Shown piece by piece: positions 55,417-64,000 of a stretch of DNA of 64,000 bases (its first letter is position 1; each line of letters starts with the position of its first letter). The notes under the pieces are model-generated. The model was given only the letters and a program-made list of their open reading frames with translations, was not told the origin of the DNA and did not search any database. The stretch lies in IMG/VR virus record IMGVR_UViG_3300025818_000017; one strand, 5' to 3'. Position numbers and translations under genes: made by a program. The stretch comes from a virus.

Positions 55417-58233
55417 ATGGAACCAATCGGAAAAGTAGATATTGCAGAAGGATCGGTAAAAGTCATTAGAACTGATGGCTCAACTGTGTCTTTAAACGAA
55501 GGTGACACAGTTGATTCGAATGATACAATCATTACAGATGAAAATTCCGGAACAACAATCGAGTTTGTAGATAAATCTACTCTTGTTGTAACTGAAAGTG
55601 GTAAAATCACATTAGACGAAATGGTATATGATCCTTCTACTCAAGAAGGAAATTTTGCCATTGATTTAGTGTCTGGTATTTTTGTATACGTCAGTGGCGA
55701 TATTGCTAAGACTGACCCTAACGCAATGACGCTGAATACACCTGTTGGGACGATTGGTATTCGTGGAACACAAGTTGGTGTAAAAATCTTCGAAGGCGAA
55801 ACAACATTTACACTAATGGCAGAAGCAGATGGAACAGTTGGTGAACTTGTCATTACAGATTTGTTTGGTAATGTGGTTGTATTGAATCAAGAAGGTCAAA
55901 CGGTAGAAGCAACTGCTGCGAACGGTCTTGGAGAAATTACAACATTATCTTTTGAAGAGATTGGTGAAATTTTTGATTTACCGTTAGAATATCTTTCAAG
56001 ATCAGGTTCTTATAATGGTAATCCGTATGACAATTTACCAGAAAGTAACCAAGATAATGGTAGCGACTTATCAGATTTTGGCACTGAAGCTGGTGGCGAA
56101 CAAGTTGGGTTTGAAGAAAGCGTAGGAAGACTTGCAGAGCCTTCGCTTGATGCTTCGCCGTTAGTTGGTGGTTCTACTTTAGTACAAACTGATCTTCCAA
56201 TTCCAACTTTTCCAACCCCATCAACACAAATTAATCAACCTATTCGTTCTCCACGTTCGGCGGCATTGCGAGATAATTTTGTCGAACCAGTCAATGAAGT
56301 TTCTAGGACAGTTGAAAATACAGTTGCGGTTTCTTCGCAAGAAATTTCAAAGACTGTTGCTACAAGTTTTGTAGATGACACCACAAAAACGAACAATTTA
56401 GAAAACAATATTACCAATGTTATAGTGACAAGAAACTATACAGACACGACTACTACTGAAACATTAGAGACTACCACAACAACTCCAGTTTATACCATCA
56501 CCTATTCGGATGGGTCTGTTGAAATTTTGCAAGGTGATCCGGTTATCACAACCGAAACGTTGAGTGACACTACTACACAAACACGTGAAGAAACTATTTT
56601 CACTGGAACAGAAGAACCCGTAATTGAAACAGCATACGACACACAGACAGAGACAGTAGTGGGTGACGAGGTGCTTGCGGCTTCTAATGATGTAGTGTCA
56701 ACAGAAACAACTGCTGATACCGAGAATAACCGAGACCGGATTGACACTACTACAACCACTACCAATGTTTATGAAACAACAACCACCGTAACTACTACAA
56801 CCACACCAGTTTACACAATCAAGTATTCTGATGGTACTGTTGAGATGGAATATGGTACACCAACTGAGACCTTTGAGACATCTATTGATCCCAGGGAAGA
56901 AGTTTTGGTGAATACCGAGACTACTTATGAAGAACCAGAAATTACGGTTGAGTATCAGACTGAAGTAACGGAAACCCGTGGTGAAGAAACTCTGTTATCA
57001 ACAATTTATGAAGATGATGTATCAAGAGAAAATGATTTAGAGAACAATCGTGAAGTAATTACCACTGACCGTCAATACACAGATACGTATAGCACATTAG
57101 TAACTACAACGACATCAATCACACCTGTTTATCTGATTACATACTTAGATGGCACAACTGAAATCGAGTATGGTGAAACCAAAATCAACGAACAAGAAAC
57201 AACTGAAACAAGAACTGATACAAGAACCGAGCAGACAGTACAATACGAATCGGCTCAAGTTACAACTAACTATGAAACACAGATAACAACCAGTATCATT
57301 TCAACAAATACAAACACGAGTTATATCGACGATACAAAAAAAGAAAATGATTTAGAGAATAACATTACGAACGTAGAGGTTACTCGAAACTACACAGATA
57401 CGATGATAGAAACCGTTTCTGAAAAAACTATCACAACACCAGTTTACACCATTTCATATTCAGATGGTACAACTGAAATCGAGTATGGCGAATCTACGAT
57501 TGAAGAAAATATCTACGATAAAGAGCCAGAAGAAACCACACGTTCAGAGATTATCTATACAGGGACAGAAGAGCCTATCATCATTACCACATACAATACA
57601 GTCACGGAAACAAATACCCTAGACCCCGTGCTTGTTGATAGCGAAGTTAGTTCAGAATTTGATACGGAAAAAGATGGTAGGAATAAACAAGATATAACAA
57701 CAGAAACAATTACGACAGTAGAAACATATAATACAGAAACAGTAACAACCACTACAGAAACACCAGTCTATACGATTGTATATTTCGATGGTACCACAGA
57801 AACAGAATTCGGTGAATCAAATAGTACATCTTCATCGGAGTTTGAAACGACTACTGAAACAACATATTCTACTGGCAGTGTTACATACGAAGATTGGACC
57901 GTTGGTACTGGCGCTAATAACGGTTTTGGTAATGGTGACCAAGATGCTCCTGGAAACAGTGAAGACAATAACAATGCAGAGAACAGTACAACGAGTGTAT
58001 CTGATTTTGTGATAGTGGAAGAAGATGAAAGTATCGATTTTTCAAATATCTTAGGTCCAGAACCAGATCCTGCAATCGAAGAGACAAAATCGAATAAAGG
58101 TAATGGTAAAGGTAAAGTAGAAGAAAATGTAGGAGAAAATGTAGGAGAAAATGTAGGAGAAATTTTAATTTTTTCCGGAGAAAATTATACCCCAACTGTA
58201 TCTGATGATGCAACATCATTAATGTTTTTATAA
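55417..58233 (+). CDS. FecR-domain protein with five Thr/Glu-rich repeats (adhesin-like)
   Basis: N-terminal GDTV..DTIIT..F.D.STL..TPVGTIGIRGT; TPVYxIxYxDG repeats. Confidence 0.75.
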   Translation: MEPIGKVDIAEGSVKVIRTDGSTVSLNEGDTVDSNDTIITDENSGTTIEFVDKSTLVVTESGKITLDEMVYDPSTQEGNFAIDLVSGIFVYVSGDIAKTDPNAMTLNTPVGTIGIRGTQVGVKIFEGETTFTLMAEADGTVGELVITDLFGNVVVLNQEGQTVEATAANGLGEITTLSFEEIGEIFDLPLEYLSRSGSYNGNPYDNLPESNQDNGSDLSDFGTEAGGEQVGFEESVGRLAEPSLDASPLVGGSTLVQTDLPIPTFPTPSTQINQPIRSPRSAALRDNFVEPVNEVSRTVENTVAVSSQEISKTVATSFVDDTTKTNNLENNITNVIVTRNYTDTTTTETLETTTTTPVYTITYSDGSVEILQGDPVITTETLSDTTTQTREETIFTGTEEPVIETAYDTQTETVVGDEVLAASNDVVSTETTADTENNRDRIDTTTTTTNVYETTTTVTTTTTPVYTIKYSDGTVEMEYGTPTETFETSIDPREEVLVNTETTYEEPEITVEYQTEVTETRGEETLLSTIYEDDVSRENDLENNREVITTDRQYTDTYSTLVTTTTSITPVYLITYLDGTTEIEYGETKINEQETTETRTDTRTEQTVQYESAQVTTNYETQITTSIISTNTNTSYIDDTKKENDLENNITNVEVTRNYTDTMIETVSEKTITTPVYTISYSDGTTEIEYGESTIEENIYDKEPEETTRSEIIYTGTEEPIIITTYNTVTETNTLDPVLVDSEVSSEFDTEKDGRNKQDITTETITTVETYNTETVTTTTETPVYTIVYFDGTTETEFGESNSTSSSEFETTTETTYSTGSVTYEDWTVGTGANNGFGNGDQDAPGNSEDNNNAENSTTSVSDFVIVEEDESIDFSNILGPEPDPAIEETKSNKGNGKGKVEENVGENVGENVGEILIFSGENYTPTVSDDATSLMFL
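56482..57792 (+). repeat. Five imperfect 105-108-aa intragenic repeats
   Basis: TPVY..Y.DG motif starts at 56482, 56803, 57121, 57436 and 57760. Confidence 0.8.
58123..58163 (+). repeat. 12-bp tandem repeat x3 (ENVG)
   Basis: GAAAATGTAGGA repeated three times in frame. Confidence 0.85.
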
Positions 58234-58258
58234 CATCATTAGAATACACATAAAAAAT

Positions 58259-58280
58259 GAGGGGCTAACCATGACCCCTC
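58259..58280. terminator. Hairpin terminator between convergent units
   Basis: GAGGGG-N10-CCCCTC with an A run on the left (T run on the minus strand). Confidence 0.55.
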
Positions 58281-58568
58281 GCGCACTTATTAAGTAGTGA
58301 CCCTCAGTATTTATTAGTCTTTCTTGTTAACAAATTCTTGAAGGCGTTCAGCCTGTTCAACAATTTCTTCATGTGTGAACATTGTTCGTCTTTGGATTAG
58401 AACAAGGTGGAGACATTGTTGATACTTGGCTGGAGTCCGAAGGTTTCTCGGAAGATGCCCCAACGAATAACCAAGGACAGGGTTGGGTTATGGGAGAAGG
58501 CAAAGAGCCTGAAGAAAAACCTGAAGAAGTTCTAAGGTGGGATGACGGTGGTCAAGGATACCAACAGA

Positions 58569-59825
58569 CTAATCCTGATGATCTGGATAATAATCAGAAC
58601 TATGATTGGTAGGGCCGAAGATTTTTTCTGACTTCTCGTAAACGTCTCTACAGTTTTCCACTAATTCTTCCAGAACAATATCTTCTAACTTTTCAAAGAA
58701 TATCTTGCGATTATGCTCAAGTACAGGTTTCATGTCTTCGTAGATTCCGTGAAGTTGAGATATAGAATATGAACACAATGTTCGTATTTCTTTCGCAATC
58801 ATATCAAGACGCACATTATGATCAGGTTCTTCATCGTAGCTTTCATCGATCCATTGATCGAAGGTTCTGAACCCGTATCTCTTTAAGAATGCCAATGACC
58901 CCGGCGCCGAAGCAAGAATAAATGGGCGCTGGCATACGATAGGTTTGAATATTTTTTCGGTAAGATGTACGAAATTTTCATAGTAAACTGTTTCGTTAAC
59001 TACGTGAAGGAAAGATTGGCCCATTGTGTGCCAGTCGATTTCGTAGCTAGTGTTTGGTATAACATCAAACTCATTCTTATCAAATCGAAGAGGTAACACA
59101 TCTAGTATATTCTCTTTAATATGAACGCGCTGCGGATAGGTAAGAAAACAGTATCTTTCTGATAGTATTTCGTGAATAGTGTTTTCGCTGTCGGGGCATT
59201 TAAATGAACAGGACACTTGTCCTTGGTCTAATAAATCGTACTCTGCCAACTTGCTAGTGATATACAGTCTGTAGGATCGTTTTTTATCTATGATGCGAGA
59301 CATTGAGTTGAACTTATAAGAAAAGGTATCGAATGGTTCGTAATGCATATACTGCCTATACCATTGGTATGCCAAATATCCTTGGAAGAAAAAGAAGACG
59401 ATATTAAAGTTATCATATTCTTTCGCTACTGCGGCTATCAAGTCTTTATTTTCAAAATCAGACACGAGTGCATTCAAGGATACTTTGTACGCGATTGTGT
59501 CCATTGGTTTTTTGTGAATAGCATACAAGTCTGGATGAATGGCGTTTAATACAGCGTAGGTGTCATTATACAGGCAGTTAGGCTCATTCGCCGCGAATAT
59601 AAATCTTTCACGATGAGTGTGATTTTCTAATATTTTATTTTTTTTACTAGCGGGGCTTAACTCCGATAAGTACGATAAATGCGACGGGTAACTTTTCATC
59701 TTTGTGTCGTTATACGGTATACCTGGGTCTGGATAATGATACATACCATCTTGGTTAGTGAACCCATTTTTATATAGATATTCCATAACGCCTATGGTAT
59801 AATTGGTTACGTCATTGTAAGACAT
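58569..59825 (-). CDS. Putative glycosyltransferase-like protein, paralog 3
   Basis: FLHVVNETVYY..LTEKIFKPIVCQRPFIL..GFRTFDQWIDESYD. Confidence 0.6.
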   Translation of the reverse strand: MSYNDVTNYTIGVMEYLYKNGFTNQDGMYHYPDPGIPYNDTKMKSYPSHLSYLSELSPASKKNKILENHTHRERFIFAANEPNCLYNDTYAVLNAIHPDLYAIHKKPMDTIAYKVSLNALVSDFENKDLIAAVAKEYDNFNIVFFFFQGYLAYQWYRQYMHYEPFDTFSYKFNSMSRIIDKKRSYRLYITSKLAEYDLLDQGQVSCSFKCPDSENTIHEILSERYCFLTYPQRVHIKENILDVLPLRFDKNEFDVIPNTSYEIDWHTMGQSFLHVVNETVYYENFVHLTEKIFKPIVCQRPFILASAPGSLAFLKRYGFRTFDQWIDESYDEEPDHNVRLDMIAKEIRTLCSYSISQLHGIYEDMKPVLEHNRKIFFEKLEDIVLEELVENCRDVYEKSEKIFGPTNHSSDYYPDHQD

Positions 59826-59838
59826 AAAGGAGACTCCA

Positions 59839-60927
59839 TTGAGAATTGCGTTTATCGGTGTTGGGAAACTTGGACTTCCCTGTGCGGAAGAGATTGCTAA
59901 AAAAGGTCATACTGTTACTGGTTATGATATTTCTGGTTTTGAATCAGGACTTGTAGAAAAGAAAGATTCTATCAAAGACCTCATTCATTATGGTTATCAA
60001 GATGATAACTGCCCAGACATTGTATTTATTGCTGTTCCAACACCGCACGAAAAAGAATATGACGGACGTTACCCGACGGCGCATTTAGAACCAAAAGACT
60101 TTGACTATTCTATCGTAAAAGAAGTTCTAACCGAAGTAGAAAGATATGCCAACAATACGACACTGGTTGTATTGATTTCAACCGTTCTGCCCGGCACAGT
60201 TCGTAGAGAGTTTATTGATCTGATGCCACGAATGAAACATCGTTTCGTCTATAATCCATATCTTATTGCTATGGGTACTGTGGGTTGGGATATGATCAAT
60301 CCAGAAATGGTAATGATTGGTACAAAGGACGGTGATGAAACCACTGACGCAAAAGAACTGATCGACTTCTATAAGACGATTATGGAAAATGATCCACGCT
60401 ATATCGTTGGTACTTGGGACGAATGTGAATGTATCAAAATCTTCTATAATACATTCATTTCAACGAAAGTGTCGCTGGTGAACATGATTCAAGATGTTGC
60501 TGAACGACAAGGTAATATTGACGTTGATGTGGTTACAAAAGCCTTGGCGGATTCGACGCATCGCATTATGTCTCCTATGTATATGAAGGCTGGTATGGGC
60601 GATGGTGGAGCTTGTGTAAAACCTGATTTCAAAGTCACTGTAAATGATGAAGTAGTATCAATAAGCGATCTTTATGAAAAGTTTGATGAAAACGAATACT
60701 ATATTGTTGATTCTATGAACTGGTCAGGAACCAATACGGACCAAAAGAAAATAGCAGAAGTAACTAAACGAGAATATACGGGAAAACTATACACATTTAC
60801 TACAAGTAGCGGAAAGAGTATATCCGTAACAGAAGATCATCTTATCCCCATTGAGCGAGACAGAAAACGAATCATTATACCAGCAAAAGAAGTAAAAAAC
60901 ACAGATAAAATGTTTGTTTTTGGGTGA
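59839..60927 (+). CDS. UDP-glucose/GDP-mannose dehydrogenase N-part fused to split intein N-fragment
   Basis: GVGKLG Rossmann motif, VPTP, STVLPGT, ECIKIFYN, GMGDGGA then intein Cys1; TTG start with AAGGAG SD. Confidence 0.92.
   Translation: MRIAFIGVGKLGLPCAEEIAKKGHTVTGYDISGFESGLVEKKDSIKDLIHYGYQDDNCPDIVFIAVPTPHEKEYDGRYPTAHLEPKDFDYSIVKEVLTEVERYANNTTLVVLISTVLPGTVRREFIDLMPRMKHRFVYNPYLIAMGTVGWDMINPEMVMIGTKDGDETTDAKELIDFYKTIMENDPRYIVGTWDECECIKIFYNTFISTKVSLVNMIQDVAERQGNIDVDVVTKALADSTHRIMSPMYMKAGMGDGGACVKPDFKVTVNDEVVSISDLYEKFDENEYYIVDSMNWSGTNTDQKKIAEVTKREYTGKLYTFTTSSGKSISVTEDHLIPIERDRKRIIIPAKEVKNTDKMFVFG
60613..60924 (+). mobile_element. Split intein N-fragment (IntN, 104 aa)
   Basis: Block A CVKPDFKV, block B SVTEDHLIP (TxxH), ends in stop codon after AKEVKNTDKMFVFG. 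Confidence 0.9.
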
Positions 60928-60953
60928 TAGCGGGGCTTGTTATGTATTTTTTG

Positions 60954-60961
60954 TATAAATA
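60954..60961 (+). promoter_or_regulatory. T4-type late promoter for the endonuclease and IntC-fusion gene
   Basis: Perfect TATAAATA followed by CAGGAG SD. Confidence 0.75.
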
Positions 60962-60981
60962 CTTTATACAGGAGATACAAA

Positions 60982-61827
60982 ATGGTTATAGAAGAATACA
61001 GGAGAGATAAAACTGAAAAGTGTAAAAAGTCATTATCTGGTAAACGAACAATAAAGGAGAAGATGGTTCTTATTGAGTGTGACGAATGTGGTGAAAAACA
61101 TAACAGAACACTTGGTCATTATAATAAGATGAAAAAACAGGAACTATTTGATAAAGATTATTGTAATGTTTGCTGGCGTCCCATACTCAATAGTAGACCA
61201 GAAAAGATTGAAAAAATGAGAGAAGGTCTTAAAAAAGTATGGAGTGATCCTAAAAAACGCCAAGAAATGTCTGTGACTATGAAACAACATTGTGAAGAAA
61301 CTGGAAGAATGATAGGAGATAATAATCCTATGAAAAATCCAGATACGCAAAAGAGAGTCAGTGAAACACGGTCAGCAAATATGACTCCCGAAGAACGACA
61401 AAAGTATTCAAACGCAACGAAGAAAGCGTGGGAAGAAGGCAAGTATATAGATAAAAAAACAACACAGTGTAAATGGTATGATTATGTTGATAAAAATGGC
61501 AGAATACATAAATGTCAAGGAACTTGGGAGTTGGCATATGCTGAATATCTTGATAACAATGGCATTAGGTTCAAATCGCATTTTGGAAAAATCCCTTATG
61601 TTGATGACGAGGGTGTAAGTCATAACTATTATCCAGATTTTTATCTAATAGATACAAATGAATATGTTGATGTTAAGGCAACATATTGGTTAGCAAGGCA
61701 AAAACGAAAGTTTGAGTTACTTAAAGAACAATCAACAGAAAAGATACTCATTTTAACAGAAAACGAGTTAACAAAGAAAGGTGTAATGATTTATGGCAAC
61801 GGAAAAGATAGTAGATATTCAAGTTGA
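60982..61827 (+). CDS. Free-standing homing endonuclease (PD-(D/E)XK type with Zn finger and NUMOD-like repeats)
   Basis: CDECG..CNVC, basic NPMKNP..K.SE repeats, GTWE, YYPDFYL..EYVDVK. Confidence 0.75.
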   Translation: MVIEEYRRDKTEKCKKSLSGKRTIKEKMVLIECDECGEKHNRTLGHYNKMKKQELFDKDYCNVCWRPILNSRPEKIEKMREGLKKVWSDPKKRQEMSVTMKQHCEETGRMIGDNNPMKNPDTQKRVSETRSANMTPEERQKYSNATKKAWEEGKYIDKKTTQCKWYDYVDKNGRIHKCQGTWELAYAEYLDNNGIRFKSHFGKIPYVDDEGVSHNYYPDFYLIDTNEYVDVKATYWLARQKRKFELLKEQSTEKILILTENELTKKGVMIYGNGKDSRYSS

Positions 61828-61930
61828 AGAATATACAGGCGATGTGTATAATCTTGAAGTAGAACCTAACCACGAAGAAAAAGACGATCAGTTTTATCTG
61901 TGTGCTGATACAGGTATTGTAATCCATAAC
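61793..61930 (+). mobile_element. Split intein C-fragment (IntC, 46 aa)
   Basis: Block F DVYNLEVE and block G IVIHN followed by Cys+1. Confidence 0.9.
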
Positions 61931-62326
61931 TGCCATCCAAGAGACAACATTGCCCTACGATGGATGGCAGATAACCTTGATCTTGGCTATGACCTATTTG
62001 ATGCCATTATGAATGCCAGAGAGAAACAAGCAAAAAATATGGCAGAAGCATTAATGAAATATAAACTTCCTGTTGTTATACTTGGTAAATCGTACAAACC
62101 AGGTGTGGAATATGAAGATGGAAGTTCAAGCATTCTTGTGGGTTCTTATGTTGAGCATCTTGGCGGCGAGCTACATTACGATAAAATACTTGATGCACCT
62201 GCGGTGTATCTACTTGCTCACCCGCTCGACAGATTTGACCAAGGAGCAGAAGACTCAGTCGTTGTTGATCCTTGGAGACAAGTCTGGACTCAACACAAGG
62301 TAAAATATTACGGAAAGACCCGATGA
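61793..62326 (+). CDS. IntC fused to the C-part of the nucleotide-sugar dehydrogenase
   Basis: HN-CHPRDNIAL (catalytic CxPxD) and LGKSYKP..EDGSSS. Confidence 0.92.
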   Translation: MATEKIVDIQVEEYTGDVYNLEVEPNHEEKDDQFYLCADTGIVIHNCHPRDNIALRWMADNLDLGYDLFDAIMNAREKQAKNMAEALMKYKLPVVILGKSYKPGVEYEDGSSSILVGSYVEHLGGELHYDKILDAPAVYLLAHPLDRFDQGAEDSVVVDPWRQVWTQHKVKYYGKTR

Positions 62327-63054
62327 TTGTAATCGGTGCTGGTTGTAGTCTTATTGAAGGCGCGGAACTGGAAAGCCAAGAACAAACTTGGCCTTGTAAA
62401 CTTGCTCGTCGGCACAATATGTCTTATGTAAACGCTGGGCATACTGGTGTCGGTAATAGGTACATTGCTCATAAGGTTATCAATGAAGTTTCTGCCCTTG
62501 CCGAAGAAGACTTATTTGTAATCGTTCAATGGTCTTATCTTTCCCGTTACGACTATCTGTTATCGTTTGATACACAAGAGCGCAACAGTCCTTGGTACAC
62601 AATAACACCCGCTCATCTAAATCTGGGCGACGAAACTGTTGCTAAATGTTTCGGTAAAGACTATATTGAGCGTATTCATGAGTTTGGTGTTACTGATTGG
62701 GTAGAAGCACACTATAAGTTAGTTGGTGATGCTAATGAAACTGATAGTAGCCTTGCGGAAATACTGATGGTCCAAGAGTTTCTAAATAATAGAAACATTC
62801 CGTATATCTTTACTACGGCTGAAAACTGGAATGAATATCGTGCATTCCAAAACCCAACACACTCTAAGGCATATTACGATGCTATTGATTGGTATAAGTT
62901 TAGATGGTTTCCACACGACCTTGGGCCAACTGGATTTGTGTATTGGGCAAATGCTAATGATTTTCCGAAGGCACCTATGGGTCATCCATTGGAACCAGCA
63001 CACGAAGCAGCAGCAGATATTATGGAGAAGTATTTTGTCCAAGAAATTAACTGA
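62323..63054 (+). CDS. SGNH/GDSL hydrolase-like protein, paralog 3
   Basis: AGCSLIEG, GVGN, GHP. Confidence 0.6.
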   Translation: MIVIGAGCSLIEGAELESQEQTWPCKLARRHNMSYVNAGHTGVGNRYIAHKVINEVSALAEEDLFVIVQWSYLSRYDYLLSFDTQERNSPWYTITPAHLNLGDETVAKCFGKDYIERIHEFGVTDWVEAHYKLVGDANETDSSLAEILMVQEFLNNRNIPYIFTTAENWNEYRAFQNPTHSKAYYDAIDWYKFRWFPHDLGPTGFVYWANANDFPKAPMGHPLEPAHEAAADIMEKYFVQEIN

Positions 63055-63340
63055 GGAACAGAAAGAGTTTTGGGATCAACTTACAACAGAACATCCAGAC
63101 AATATAGATACAGAGATAAGTATATACATAAGCGGTATTCAACAGCGTGAAAGTATTGACTATGTACTAAGTGGTCAAGATATCGTGTTTAGTAATCCAC
63201 CCGCACGTGGAGAAGTTGTTCGACTGTTTATGAAGAATGATAGAGTATCTAAGTATTGTGCTGCTGATATTTTAGTTCGACAATTTTACGGTGATGGTCA
63301 ATTTTCCGTTATTAGAATACCAGGAGTTTTAGCATGGTAA
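63035..63340 (+). CDS. Hypothetical beta-rich protein
   Basis: TTG start with GGAG SD; VYISGIQQ..DY.LSG..IVF..PP motif. Confidence 0.5.
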   Translation: MSKKLTEEQKEFWDQLTTEHPDNIDTEISIYISGIQQRESIDYVLSGQDIVFSNPPARGEVVRLFMKNDRVSKYCAADILVRQFYGDGQFSVIRIPGVLAW

Positions 63341-63990
63341 AGATATTAGAAGATTACGAACAACCTTTTGACGCATACTTAGATTTTGAGAAAATGATAA
63401 GTGAGTATACGGGCGCACCTTATGTTGTGCTAACCGATTGCTGTACGCATGCTATGGAACTGTGTATTAGATACTGGGCAAGAGAAAACCAGATTGATCT
63501 TACCCAGCGAAGCGTGGTCTTGCCCCATCGTACATACCTCAGTGTCCCAATGATGATTCATAAGTTAGGTATTACATTAGAAGATTACGAATTGCTGAAC
63601 TGGGATAGCGATGATATGTATCCTATCCGTGGCGTAGTAAACGATAAAGTGTACGATTGCGCTAGGTTATTCAAAGAAGATATGTACATAAAAGGCACAT
63701 ATATGTGTTTGAGCTTTGGTCATCGTAAACCATTACAAATCGGTAACGGTGGAGCTATCTTACTTGATGATGTTGAAGAGTACAATGACTTGAAGCAAAT
63801 GACATATGATGGAAGAGCTATTCATGATTTTGATCCGTGGGTAGATCAAGCCGTATTCAAGGTTGGGTATCACTATAATATGCGTGTTGAGACAACTATT
63901 AGAGGAATGCGTTTATTGCATGATGGTGAGATTGGAAAAGCATTACCATTCTACTATCCAGATTTGAGGGAGATTACTATTGTATTCTAA
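63334..63990 (+). CDS. DegT/DnrJ/EryC1-family PLP aminotransferase-like protein (short)
   Basis: FE..ISEYTGAPYVVLTDCCTHA, DCAR, SFGHRKPLQIGNGG, GYHYNM. Confidence 0.8.
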   Translation: MVKILEDYEQPFDAYLDFEKMISEYTGAPYVVLTDCCTHAMELCIRYWARENQIDLTQRSVVLPHRTYLSVPMMIHKLGITLEDYELLNWDSDDMYPIRGVVNDKVYDCARLFKEDMYIKGTYMCLSFGHRKPLQIGNGGAILLDDVEEYNDLKQMTYDGRAIHDFDPWVDQAVFKVGYHYNMRVETTIRGMRLLHDGEIGKALPFYYPDLREITIVF

Positions 63991-64000
63991 AGGAAACCTA

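Noticed and set aside
58123-58163. Short tandem repeat as a possible CRISPR array
   Set aside because: 12-bp units without spacers, in frame within a CDS. No repeat-spacer array was seen anywhere in the window; the 23883 nuclease is a generic PD-(D/E)XK enzyme with no cas neighbours.
59839-62326. Reading the dehydrogenase as a pseudogene broken by an insertion
   Set aside because: Both halves keep intact intein blocks at precisely the splice junction, have their own start signals, and rejoin into a full-length enzyme.
1-64000. Stop-codon reassignment (alternative genetic code), as seen in some large phages
   Set aside because: Conserved genes (nrdA, nrdB, clpX, helicase, primase) are full length in code 11, and TAA, TAG and TGA all end genes at expected positions.

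Overview
This window is part of a large lytic dsDNA myovirus-type phage genome, distantly T4-like. No capsid or terminase gene is in the window. Evidence: UvsW-like helicase, gp41/gp61-like helicase and primase, class Ia RNR (nrdA, nrdB, glutaredoxin), a PAAR spike, T4-type late promoters (TAAATA/TATAAATA), and sigma70-like TTGACA-N16-TATACT early promoters. A two-piece tmRNA of the alphaproteobacterial layout suggests an alphaproteobacterial host. Highlights: (1) a UDP-glucose/GDP-mannose dehydrogenase gene fractured at its catalytic Cys by a naturally split intein (104-aa IntN, 46-aa IntC), with a free-standing endonuclease gene between the halves; (2) a dispersed translation-rescue and proteostasis set (permuted tmRNA with an LAA tag, Smr, S4-like, YafQ-like, Pth2, ClpX, ClpS, S21, and Hsp20 behind a ROSE-like hairpin); (3) many proteins with N-termini resembling the T4 capsid-targeting sequence, including an ART-like enzyme and three nucleotidyl-transfer folds; (4) a 196-aa minimal DnaE-like polymerase core; (5) a ubiquitin-like domain fused to a LamG-like domain; (6) over a dozen apparently leaderless late genes. 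All calls come from reading motifs by eye; no database search was run.
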